From Octopus sinensis (Eukaryota): a DNA stretch of 35,104 bases. The stretch is from positions 1 to 35,104 of the forward strand of contig NW_021832935.1 of assembly GCF_006345805.1 (NCBI RefSeq), written 5' to 3'. Position 1 is the stretch's first letter; every line of letters starts with the position of its first letter. Of this stretch, positions 10,842 to 22,290 are shown piece by piece. A model generated the notes under the pieces. The model was not told the DNA's origin. It did not search any database and worked only from the letters and a program-made list of their open reading frames with translations. The position numbers were made by a program, and so were the translations under genes.

Positions 10842-11344
10842 CCTTAATGTGTATGTGTATACACATATAGACGTATGTTATAAATATTCAATAATATATG
10901 TATGTAAGTATTTTTATATGTATATATGTAGTTATACATGTATTTATATATGTATTAGCCATATATATTTATGTGTATATATGATTATTTATATAAGAAA
11001 GAAGAGGGGGAAACGGAGAACTAAAAAGACAGAGCTACTTCCAAAGATATAGAAATATAACGCATTAAACACTCGCACACACTGACACACACATATACAC
11101 ACACACGCGTGCACACAATCACACATATAAAACTTATTTGTTTTTGTATGTACGTATGTATGCAGGCATGTGCGCATGTATGTATATTTTGTACGAGTGT
11201 ACATATGTTTGTATATAAGGATGGATTCTTATATGAATAAATTCAGATTCGGCGAGGGACAAGCTTACGACAGACAACACAGTGGAAGAGAAAGGGAGAG
11301 AGAGAGAGAGAGAGAGAGTGTGTGTGTGTGTGTGTGTGCATGCA

Positions 11345-11375
<31 letters not shown>

Positions 11376-11652
11376 GACGTGGGTGAAAGATTGGGAGAGA
11401 GGGAGAGAATGCGTTGGTTGTGGGGAAAGTTGTCATGTGATATCAAAGTGTGAATAAATATATATGGATACAGATATAACCACATTTTCCTTGTATTAAT
11501 ATCCAGTCCTTATTAATATTCATATCAATGCTTTCCTATTCATAGCATTCTATTGGATTTTAGAATTTGCATACAAAGATTTTTCACGCGCACATACACG
11601 CACAAACTGATACATATACATATATATATATATAATATAAATGTGATATATG

Positions 11653-11719
<67 letters not shown>

Positions 11720-11858
11720 GCAAATGCACAAGCATGCATGTACATATACATATAAATATGTATATACGGACACAAACATATGTTGTGTATATATATGTAT
11801 ATATATATATATATATATATAATATCATATTATATATATATATATATATATTATATAT

Positions 11859-11897
<39 letters not shown>

Positions 11898-11930
11898 TAT
11901 ATATTTACATATATATACACGCATATACAT
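9720..11930. repeat. Extended (TA)n/(TG)n/(GA)n low-complexity block
   Basis: Direct reading. Source of the many poly-IY, CV and HT ORFs. Confidence 0.9.
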
Positions 11931-12225
11931 TTTTAACTTCGCTTTAGAAACGTTAAGAATTTAACATTCTTCTGCATGTATGTAATAGGAAAAATGCCAT
12001 ATTAAATGCCGTATGTATGTATTATGCATGTATCTATCTATCTATTTATGTGTACATGTATGCGTGTATGCTTTCTTCTGCTTTTAATTATTTGAAATCT
12101 TCCTACCAGAAAGGAACTGGTTTCTAACAAAGATACAAAGCTCCATTGTTGGAATGTAGATTACACAAACAATGTCACATTTTGCACTTGAGTAAAGTCT
12201 TGCATATTTTTACTGTTCCACTTAC

Positions 12226-12408
12226 AGATTGTCTTTGTGATGTAAAAAGTTAGCTGGTTGTTGTAGTTTTCTGAAAACCCCAGCTTGTCCAGATTGTCCC
12301 AAAACTGAGTACACCAATCTTTGCTGGTATAAATGAATTTATGGTCTACGTATGCAAGCTGAAAGTTTCGAAGCAATTCTCCGTTTTTATTCCGCTTCTC
12401 TTTGATTT
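12226..12408 (-). other. Possible 183-bp symmetric (phase 1-1) coding exon of an unidentified gene or element
   Basis: Acceptor tctcttaag, donor gtaagt and open frame IKEKRNKNGELLRNFQLAYVDHKFIYTSKDWCTQFWDNLDKLGFSENYNNQLTFYITKTI. No family recognised and no partner exons found. Confidence 0.25.
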
Positions 12409-13710
12409 CTTAAGAGATATGCACAGCAGCAGAGCAGGACAGCTGATCACTGTAACGTACATATTGTTTCTTGCTTGTTCAAACAACGAATCTGGTCTTT
12501 TATGATAGAAGTTTTAATGGGAATATTCCACCATTACATCTTGTAATTGATGTATTTGTATATATATATATATATTCAATAGCAGAGTAGAACCTCTGTA
12601 TTTATTCCAGGACAGGGAGAGAGATGGCATCGCACATTGCTTTAGCGACAGCCTGGTGTCACATTGAGAGATAGTACGTTAAGGACATTTGAGGGTATCT
12701 GCTGATCATAAGAGTGCTATCTTACACAGAAATGTGATACGATTTACATTTGCGGTGCATCATGAAGCTTCGGTCTTCATTGTTTCTTTTATTTATTAAG
12801 CATTTTGTAGCAATTTCCTGCTTTTAGATTCCAAATGCATAACCTTCTAATTGGGATGTAATGGTGCATCATAAATTCAAGAGATGCAAGTCTGTCTGTC
12901 TGTATGTATATATGTATGTCATAGTTCAGTTTTATTTCAAGTTTTCTTGTCAATAGAAAAAGAGCCGATTTGTAACCTAGAACCAAGGCTCCATTGGAAT
13001 TTCAGAAACAACAGGGTATTTTAGTATATATGTATGTATACGTGCAGATTTGTATGTTTTGTTTTATGTATGTATTCTCGTGCATATACTTGCATATCTA
13101 GACATGCTCAGAAATAATTAAATAATAAACTTCTGGTAGAGTTTTACAGATCTGTAGTCTTCGAATCAGCCTTCTCTTTTCTGGTTTTAAGAAGCCCTAA
13201 TTTCTCAAGATTGGTTTTTAGTCAGTGTGTTACAATATTTCAGGCCCCCCAATTATTACAGGTATAAACCTGAACTTGTAATCTCGACTGAGTGGCATAT
13301 ATGTGTGTATGTATGTAAGGATGGATGGATGGATGGATAGATGGATGGATGGATGGATGGATGGATGGATGTGTATATGTATATTTCCTCTTTTATTTTT
13401 ACCCAGAAGGAATTAATTTCTAACACATACAAAGCTCTGATATATGCATATTTGTATGCTTGTGTACGGTTGTATGCATGTATGTATGTGTGTGTGTGTC
13501 TCTGTCTCCCTATATACATATATATATATATACCTGTATGTATGTAAGTATATATGTATCTACATACGTATATGTATGTATATATACGTATATATACATA
13601 CATATTCATGTGTATATATATTTGTATGTATGTATATATATTTGTATGTATGTATGCACATTATCTATAGCTATATATTATATAAATGTACGTGTATATT
13701 ATATATATGC

Positions 13711-13761
<51 letters not shown>

Positions 13762-13828
13762 GTGGTGTATATTTGTCTGTTTATTTATATGTATGCATAT
13801 ACGTATGTTTTCTATGCGTGTATATGAT

Positions 13829-13940
13829 GCACGGACTTAATGGTTACGGTGTTGGTCTCCCGATCATAAGGTTGTGTTTTCGATTCCCAGATTGGTTTAT
13901 ATCTTGAGCCTTGGAGCAAGGTATTTCACTTCACATTGCT
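13829..13940 (+). mobile_element. Diverged tRNA-like SINE head
   Basis: Box A-like taatggttacgg, box B-like tttcgattccc, then ccttggagcaaggtatttcac. Confidence 0.6.
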
Positions 13941-14084
13941 CTCTCTCTATTTCTCTCTCTCTCTCTATCTCTCTCTCTCTCTCTCTCTCCCTCTTCCACT
14001 CTCCTCTCCTTGCATCTGTGTGATAGCTGAATGAGCTTCTCTGCTTACGACCAAAGAATCAACTAAAACAAATTAGTGAGACGA

Positions 14085-14245
14085 CGAGTTTCTTTTATTT
14101 TCCGTCTGCCAAATTCATCCACAAGGTTTTGGTCGGCCCGACTCTATAGAAGGAGACATTTACCCAAGGTGCCATGCAGTGGTACTGAACTCAGAACCAT
14201 GCGGTTGGGAAGGAAGCTTCCTACCTCACAGACAAGCCTGCGCCT
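14085..14245 (-). mobile_element. 5' part of SINE family 2
   Basis: Reverse complement of 20935-21095. Confidence 0.8.
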
Positions 14246-14892
14246 AAAGTGTAAAGTTTACCTCGTTAGCTTTTATACTTTAGAGAACACAGAAAGTTTC
14301 TGGTTGCTACGAAGCCCTATTGGTCTGTCCGACGTCATTCCTCGATTGAAATAAAGACACTTGTATTTAAAGAATCTTCTGGATTGAAATTGGATTATCC
14401 AAATTTCCAAGATCAGCTCCGTCTTTGGAAATGGAGCTTCGAGCAACTTTTTAGAATTTCTTGAAGCATGAACGACAAATGACGATCAAGAAAGAAAAAT
14501 CTCTTCATATTCTTGACAACTTTGCCTCAATGGTATTGAAAGGAATCAACCATAACCATGTGTCCTGTGGTCATTCCACAGACAATCTTACCATTTTCTA
14601 CAAATAGCCAGACAATATGGCTTCAGAATATAGATGTCATATGACTCGTAGATTAGACCAGAATCTCTCATAACCATTCCAAACTTATCACGAAAGAATC
14701 AGCAAATGTAGTCAGAAAGTTTAATTCATCGATTTTAATCTCTCCAGAGATTTGAAGTTATAGGAAATCTATGAAAACATTAGTGTGTATGTGTGTGTGT
14801 GTGTGTGTGGTGGCGGTGTTGGGTGGCAGTGGTGTGTGGGGTCGGGGTTGCGCATAAACAGTTAAATTCTGTTTGTTAACAGAGAAGTTGTT

Positions 14893-15671
14893 TTAACCCT
14901 TTAGCATTCATATTAGTCAGTGAAACGTAATGCTTATTTAATCACATTTATTTTTTCTATTTATCATGTAGGAGCAAAACGTCCTCCCACCGCCGTCCAA
15001 TGGACGGTGCTGAGTTGTCAAACATTTAAACTAAATTTTCTCAAAACAACTTGTCCGACCATCCCATAGGCCTCCCCTTTCAGAAACACTGATTTAACCT
15101 AAATTTGAGACACCAGCAAAAAATGAAATAAAGATAGACTTTTTTCTATTCCAAAGAAAAACGATTTTATTCACACAAATATGCAACCGAAGAGTTTAAA
15201 GTACCAGTAATGATAAGGCTGCTGACTGGGAGAACACAAACATGGTTTAAATAATAAGCTTGTCAGGAAAGAAACGTGCCTTTAAGCAGTTCAAAAGCAA
15301 CAAAATATGGAAGGTGCAGGACGGAAGAAAAGCAGGACAAAAACGGCTTTATCGATCGCCTTCTCACCTGGAATCGATGTTTGTATTTTTTTCAAGACTT
15401 AAACACGCCCTGATACCATCGGTATCTACATATCAAATTTGAGTGCAATCAGATGGGGGATGCCCGAGATCCTAGAAGACACACACACAGGCAGACAGAA
15501 CGGATTTTATATAATAGATAATTTCATAGCTGCGAGATTTCGGTGATGCCACTGCTTATTTTTAGAATGGCATTGAAGGGTAAGTGTGAAAGGCCAGATC
15601 TGGCCGGTTTGAACATAAATGAGGAAGAAATGTTGGATCAACTGTATCCGGTTTTTAATGCTAATATTTAA
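14893..15671 (+). mobile_element. TTAA-type (piggyBac-like) MITE, interrupted by the 14971-15518 insertion
   Basis: Starts ttaaccctttagcattca. Both halves align to the uninterrupted copy at 31623-31834. Right end degenerate. Confidence 0.65.
14971..15518 (-). mobile_element. Helitron-like non-autonomous element
   Basis: Inserted between A and T with no TSD. Minus-strand 5' end TCTATTATATAAAATCC followed by (GTCT/GT)n. GC-rich hairpin 14988-15009 near the 3' end. The canonical CTRR terminus is absent. Confidence 0.55.
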
Positions 15672-15882
15672 AGGAGCGTTATCTAAACTTGCAACAGGAT
15701 AATTCGAAGGTACTATTTTATATCCTATGCACCTCCTAATTTCAGAAGTAAATAGACACCTTTAATTTTCAAAATTTCTGATCTAGGCGTCTTAATATAT
15801 TTTCAGCAGTGTAGAATTTACAATGTAATTATTCTTTATTCATTCCAGGTGCCATTATATTAAACTTTTGTGAAAAGTAACC

Positions 15883-16266
15883 ATGTCACGCACAAAAAAT
15901 TCAGCAGAACTGTCAGATTTTCAAAGAGGTCGTATTGTTGGGGAATCTGAGGCTGGTCTTTGCCAGCGAAAACTTGCCGAAAATCTTCAAATTCCTCTTG
16001 CTACATTTATTAGTATTATAGTGCAATTCAAAAGCCAAGGAACAGAATCAACAGATTCTCCTCTCGGGCGACGACCTAGGCCCTCGGAAAGGAAGCTTCA
16101 CTGTTTGAAGAGAATTGTGGAAAACGAAACCCGTTCGAAGGCTTCTGATATTGCAAAACAGCAAGAAGTTAGTCCAAGAACGTGTGTTACATATCTGCAT
16201 AAGTTCAGGTATTATGGACGAGTAGCTAGAAGAAAACCTCACCTTCAACCAATTAATATCAAATAA
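15883..16266 (+). pseudogene. Tc1-like transposase, N-terminal paired-type HTH DNA-binding region only
   Basis: ELSDFQRGRIVG...GRRPR...SPRTCVTYLHKFRYYGRVARRKPHLQPIN. No DDE domain follows. Confidence 0.85.
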
Positions 16267-16334
16267 AAGATTTTGAAAAGTAAAGGTGTCTATTTACTTC
16301 CTGCATGTCTGTGTATATTCTATTTGCCTTGTAT

Positions 16335-16495
16335 CAGTCATAGGACCGCGGTCATGCTGTGGCAACGCTTTGAAGGGAAGAACCAATGCAATTGACACCT
16401 GTACTAAATTTTTGAATCTTGCTACTTATTCTATCGGTCTCTTTTCAAGAACTGCTAAGTTACGGAGAGAGAAAAATGATCCAACACCAGATATC
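16335..16495 (-). mobile_element. Diverged 3' fragment related to SINE family 2
   Basis: tacttattctatcggtctcttt...gctaagttacgg matches 32980-33030. Confidence 0.6.
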
Positions 16496-16575
16496 AAGAC
16501 ATATATATGTGTGCGTGTGTGTATGTGTGTATTTGCGTGTGTGTATGTGAACGTGTGTACATATATACACACACA

Positions 16576-16581
16576 TAGATG

Positions 16582-16653
<72 letters not shown>

Positions 16654-16700
16654 TGTAGGTTGACAAAATGATTGATTGGTTGACTGATTGGTTCATTGAC

Positions 16701-16736
<36 letters not shown>

Positions 16737-16757
16737 ATTGATTGATTAATTGACTGA
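16576..16757. repeat. (TAGA)n and (TGAT)n tetranucleotide repeats
   Basis: Direct reading. Confidence 0.95.
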
Positions 16758-17124
16758 CTTATACTCGTACGTCCGTTGGAAATTGAATGTTTTTCATGTA
16801 CAACTTTCAGGTGTGGCAATCCTACTAACAACAACAATGACAACAGCAACAACAACATCAGAAACAACAACAACAACATCAACAACAGGAACAACAACGT
16901 CAGCAACTACATTTACCAGTCATCCTGATAGCATCTCTGCAAATGGTAGGGTAATTGGCGGTGACCCCTAAATAGGGAGGTGGGATGAAAGAGGGCAGCA
17001 TCTTTGGGCGGACGGGAAGATGGGAAAATGATCGATGACGGTCTCTTTTTAGTGGAGTTGGTACAGGAGGTAGTAGTAACACTAAAACTACTACTGTTAC
17101 TTCAACAATAACAATGAACAGTAT

Positions 17125-17168
17125 TACAGCAGCAGTAGTAATAGTAGCAGCAGTAGCAGCAGCAGTGT

Positions 17169-17203
<35 letters not shown>

Positions 17204-17271
17204 ATGATGGTGGTGGTGGCATTAGTAGAAGTAGTAGTAGTAGTAATGATGGTGGTGGTGGCATTAGTAGA

Positions 17272-17304
<33 letters not shown>

Positions 17305-17445
17305 GGTGGTGGTGATGGTAGTAGTAGTAGTAATGATGGTAGTGGTGGTGGCATTAGTAGCAGTAGTAGTGGTAGTAGTAATGGTGGTGTCATTAGTAGT
17401 AGTAGTAGTAGTAGTAGTAATGATGGTAGTGGTGGTGGCATTAGT

Positions 17446-17497
<52 letters not shown>

Positions 17498-17498
17498 A

Positions 17499-17533
<35 letters not shown>

Positions 17534-17535
17534 CT
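17125..17535. repeat. (GTA)n/(GTG)n compound repeat with a higher-order unit
   Basis: Recurring atgatggt(g/a)gtggtggcattagtag. Confidence 0.9.
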
Positions 17536-18067
17536 TTGATGTCAGTGGCATTAAGCTGCATCCAGCACCAGGTGTCGCTATTCTGGTGGTGGGTGGTGGT
17601 GGTGAAGATAGTGGTGATGGCGGAGATGATGGCATCGGTAGTGGTGATGGCGGTGGTGGTGGCGGTGGTGCTTTTGGTGGTGGTGGTCAGAATATGAAAG
17701 CCACTCCATCCTAACCAAAGCCATTTTCTCTATCATATCCGACAACGACGTCTCCGTGTCACGATGATAAATGACAAAACTATCGATGTCACACAGAAAT
17801 GAGGGTGGGAGGAAGGTCGGGTGAGCTGGGGTGAGGGAGAACAGTGAAGCGGATGGTAATCCTATATAAAATGTCCCCTGTCCCCATCGACACCAACACG
17901 TCCAGTACCACCGCCTGCGCCACCACCACCACCACCAACACCACCACCACCACCTCCACCTCCACCTTTACCTAAAACTTACTAAAACTGACCTGCAGAA
18001 TTTGAATGTTAGCCTGCACGTGAACATGTGTCGTAACTACACACGCAAATACACACACACACACAAA

Positions 18068-18107
<40 letters not shown>

Positions 18108-18304
18108 TACATACATACATACATACGTACATACATACATATATAGATTCTGGCACACACACATGTATATATACATATATATGTACAAATATATACGTAC
18201 ACACATATATATATATATTCATATATATGTACATATATATATATAGAGAGAGAGAGGGGGGAGGGGAGAAATAGGAAGATAGATAGATTGATAGATAGAT
18301 AGAT

Positions 18305-18340
<36 letters not shown>

Positions 18341-18606
18341 GGATGGATGGATGGTTAGATAGACAGATACAGATATAGATTCATACGCACATATATTTCT
18401 ATTCAGATATGTGTATAAATGTATGCATATATACATGCAGACACACGCACACACGCATATATATATATATATATATTTTTTAAATTTAAATATCTATAGT
18501 TGAATGTATGCGTAATCAAGCAGGTATATGCATATATATTGCAATGTGTTTTGACGCAAATATATATACACACATTTACACATGGGTTTGCATACAGACA
18601 CATTCA

Positions 18607-18662
<56 letters not shown>

Positions 18663-19167
18663 ACAAATACGCACATACATTTTTATATACACACATATCC
18701 ATCAGATATGCACATATAAACATATACATACATATATAAACATATAACCATATATTCACACTTATACATCTACTGGTATAGACACACATACACACATGCC
18801 GTCACGTATATACACATATACACATATACACACAACTTCCTTTTCCTCAACACCCACACTAAAATCCAGGCAAAACCGCCAAAAGTACACGAAAATCGAA
18901 TGAGGGGCGTGTCAGAAAGGTCATCCCGTGTCAGTGCTTAATGGAGAGGCGGTGGTCGGTGATGGTTATGGTGGGGATATTTACTAAGGGACAGAAAAAT
19001 AGTCGGATTGTTTTGTGTGACTTTTGCTGTTTAACCCCAGGTCGACTCTCATCCAGAATGATCAAGTATGTTCTAGAAGTGACCAATGTCTATTTCAGCT
19101 GGACTTACTATATTTAGGACTAACTGGCACATTGTGGCTATTAAAACAACAACAACAGCAACAATAA

Positions 19168-19331
19168 TCTATTATAGGCGCCTGGCCTGAAAATTGGCGG
19201 AGGATCATAATCGATTACATCAATCCCAGTACGCAACTGGTATTCGGCGGGGTTGATCTTAGAAAGCGAAGGACGAAATACCGCTAAGCATTTCGCTCGG
19301 CATGCAAACGTGTCTGTTAGCTATCCGCCTT
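19168..19331 (-). mobile_element. Internally deleted SINE family 1, tail type a
   Basis: Minus strand aaggcgg...gaaatgcttagcggtatttcgtc...gatgtaatcga...ttttcaggcc. Confidence 0.75.
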
Positions 19332-19341
19332 AATGATGATG

Positions 19342-19433
<92 letters not shown>

Positions 19434-19434
<1 letters not shown>

Positions 19435-19931
19435 GGCACACACCAGAAAAGGTCACAGAAAACGAGAAAGCAACCATACTCTGGGATATGCCGATACACA
19501 CAGATAGAGAAATTAAGGCCAACAGACCATATAGTTGTCAGAGATCATGAAGAAAAAAGCTTTCTAATTGATGTTCAATACCGGCAGATGACAACGTGTC
19601 TCTAAAAGAAATGGAGAAACTTTCAAAATACAATACCTGGAAATAGAGGTAACCAGAATGTGAATCTAAAAACAGAAACAATTCCTATCATAGTAGGTGC
19701 ATTAGGCATGATAAAAAATATTCAGACAAATACATAACAAAAACACCATGACTTACAAACACATGTAACATACAGAAAATTGCACTACTAGGCACTGCAC
19801 ACATCCTACGCAGAACACTTTCCATACAATAACCATCAGAGCATCACAACAAATCACAGCACATACCCAAGGCACACAAGCTGCGCTCGGTAGTGAAGTG
19901 AAAGCACGCTATAAAAAAAAACTACTGAATG
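19434..19931 (+). mobile_element. 5'-truncated R4/Dong-type LINE, copy L5, between two (AAT)n tracts
   Basis: RHTPEKVTENEKATILWDMPIHTDREIKANRP, KEMEKLSKY, ETIPIIVGALGMIK and QKIALLGTAHILRRTLSIQ* (stop 19830-19832), with about five frameshifts. ~100-bp 3' UTR. (AAT)n at 19332-19433 and 19932-20019. Confidence 0.93.
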
Positions 19932-20019
<88 letters not shown>

Positions 20020-20560
20020 GTACCAGGCAGTGGCTCTCATGGCTTCTGATCTTAACTGATTGGAAGTGTTATCATGTACATTGTTTTGTCTTGATATAAA
20101 AGATGGGCTACAGCAAATATTCTGCTCAATACCACAAATTTGCTTGTCAGTTGTTTGACCTTAACCAGTTGAGCATGTCCCTTAGTGGCTGACGATATGT
20201 GCATCTCTGATCCCGAGCAGAAGTAGTGGGGGAGCATCATAGCCATGTGTTGAGAGGGATGCTTGGGGTTTGAATAGTTCACCTCTGGAAACATGGTGGT
20301 TCTTTCAACATCCTTAAACAACCCTTATTCGGGGACCGTTTGAGCGGGATGGGCTACTCAACCTGAAGAAAATTCAAACTGGGCCCCACCTGCAAGGTCA
20401 TGTGCTGTTTATCTTGATATGAGATCACCATGTCGCGCACATATGGTTGTGATGCATGTGCCTGGTGTACCTTTATCAGACGGGTAGTCATGATGGGTAT
20501 ATTGGGCTTCGTATATTTTACCCCAGTGTCACTTTGATGGCATGAACTGCTCTCTCACTC
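20020..20560 (+). mobile_element. ~600-bp element, copy D (head truncated by 13 bp)
   Basis: Colinear with copy A. (AAT)n on both sides. Confidence 0.92.
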
Positions 20561-20586
20561 AATAATAATAATAATAATAATAATAA

Positions 20587-20656
20587 ATGCCCTGATGCAG
20601 TACCAAGCAGTGGCTCTCGTGGCTTCTGATCTTAACTGATCGGAAGTGTTAACATG
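20587..20656 (+). mobile_element. ~600-bp element, copy E (single head unit, first 70 bp only)
   Basis: atgccctgatgcagtaccaagcagtggctctc directly after (AAT)n. Confidence 0.85.
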
Positions 20657-20657
20657 C

Positions 20658-20795
20658 TCCAGTTCGCTAAGTTGGCAAAAGTGAGTAATTTTGCGACGGA
20701 CTGGCGTCCTATCCCGGGGAAAAATATATGCGTCACGGAAACCGAGAAAACCGGGCCCTATTGATCTGAATGACTCAGGAAGAATCTTTATCCTC
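20658..20795 (+). mobile_element. Probable SINE 3' fragment
   Basis: gcgacggactggcgtcctatcccgggg motif, typical of SINE bodies (recalled, not searched). Confidence 0.45.
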
Positions 20796-20934
20796 TTCTA
20801 ACCTATTCAAGGAATCCGAGAGATTCAGGATCACCCTGACCATCAACGCACACATCCCCACCCAACTGCTTTTCTCCATTCTACAGGTGCAGGCCAGCAA
20901 TTTTAGAGGAAGAAGTTTAAAAAATTATTTCGAT

Positions 20935-21350
20935 AGGCGCAGGAGTGGCTGTGTGGTAAGTAGCTTGTTAACCAACCACATGGTTCCGGGTTCAGTCCCA
21001 CTGCGTGGCACCTTGGGCAAGTGTCTTCTACTATAGCCTCGGGCAGACCAAAGCCTTGTGAGTGGATTTGGTAGACGGAAACTGAAAGAAGCCTGTCGTA
21101 TATATGTATATATATATATGTGTGCGTGTGTGTTTGTGTGTCTTTGTTTGTCCCCCTAACATTGCTTGACAACCGATGCTGGTGTGTTTACGTCCCCGTC
21201 ACTTAGCGGTTTGGCAAAAGAGACCGATAGAATAAGTACTGGGCTTACAAAGAATAAGTCCCGGGGTCGAGTTGCTCGACTAAAGGCGGTGCTCCAGCAT
21301 GGCCGCACTCAAATGACTGAAACAAGTAAAAGAGTAAAAGAGTAAAAGAG
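20935..21350 (+). mobile_element. Full-length tRNA-derived SINE family 2 with internal (TA/TG)n and (AGTAAAAG)3 tail
   Basis: Box A tggctgtgtggtaag, box B gggttcagtccc and CORE-like accttgggcaagt. Fragments recur at 9604, 14085 and 32891. Confidence 0.9.
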
Positions 21351-21351
21351 T

Positions 21352-21490
21352 ATACCAGTAATTCACTGGTACTTCATACTATCATCCCTGAAAGGATGAA
21401 AGGCAAAATTAATGGAAATTGAACTCAGAACATTAACAACCAGAACAAATACCGCAAAGCAGTTTTTGTGATACTCTTATAATTCTGTTA
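21352..21490 (-). mobile_element. Diverged SINE family 1 fragment
   Basis: gaaaggatgaaaggcaaa...ttgaactcagaac. Confidence 0.65.
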
Positions 21491-21497
21491 TCCCAAG

Positions 21498-22290
21498 GTG
21501 AGGGCACATAGCTAAGTGATTAAGATATTCGGCTCGTTCATGCTTATTTCTTTATTGCCCACAAGGGGCTAAACACAGAGGGGACAAACAAGGACAGACA
21601 AAGGGATTAAGTCGATTACATCGACCCCAGCGCGTAATTGGTACTTAATTTATCGACCCCGAAAGGATGAAAGGCAAAGTCGACCTCGGCGGAATTTGAA
21701 CTCAGAACATAGCGCCAGACGAAATACGGCTAAGCTTTTCGCCCGGTGTGCTAACGTTTCTTATTTCTTTATTGCCTACAAGGGGCTAAACATAGAGGGG
21801 ACAAACAAGGACAGACAAAGGGATTAAGTCGATTATATCGACCCCAGCGCATAACTGGTACTTAATTTATAGACTCCGAAAGAATGAAAGGCAAAGTCGA
21901 CCTCGGCGGAATTTGAACTCAGAACGTAACAGCAGACGAAATATCGGTAAGCATTTCGCCCGGCGTGCTAACGTTTCTGCCAGCTCGCCGCCTTTCGGGT
22001 GGCTCATGCTTGTAAAGTCATGAGTTCGATACCTGGCGATGCACTGTGTCTTTAAGCGAGACACTTTATCTGACGTTGCTCAAGTCCACTCAGCTGGCCA
22101 AAATGAGTAGCACCTGTATTTCAAAGGGCCAGCCTTGTCACACCTTTATAACGTTGAATATTCCTAAGAACTACGTTAAGGGTACGCATGTCTGCGTAGC
22201 GCTCACCCAATTGCAAGTGAATTTCATGAACAGGCTGTTCCGTTTTATGGACCAACTAGAACCCTCATCGTCGTAACCGACGAAGTGCCA
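21498..22290 (+). mobile_element. tRNA-derived SINE family 3, split by the 21546-21993 insertion
   Basis: Head gggcacatagctaagtgattaag...gagttcgatacc is interrupted. Body continues to gtcgtaaccgacgaagtgcca. Confidence 0.75.
21546..21993 (-). mobile_element. Head-to-tail dimer of SINE family 1, tail type b
   Basis: Full copy 21761-21993 plus 5'-truncated copy 21546-21760. Degenerate 18-bp TSD at 21528-21545 and 21994-22011 (15/18). Confidence 0.9.

Noticed and set aside
14340-14770. Complex sequence resembling a decayed ORF
   Set aside because: Stops in all frames examined and no recognisable motif.
17540-17710. Gly/Asp-rich short frame
   Set aside because: Derived from (GGT/GAT)n triplets, with no start or splice context.
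17805-17910. G-quadruplex-like G tracts and a TATATAAA box in a GC-richer island
   Set aside because: Such motifs are expected by chance here and no downstream gene supports a promoter.
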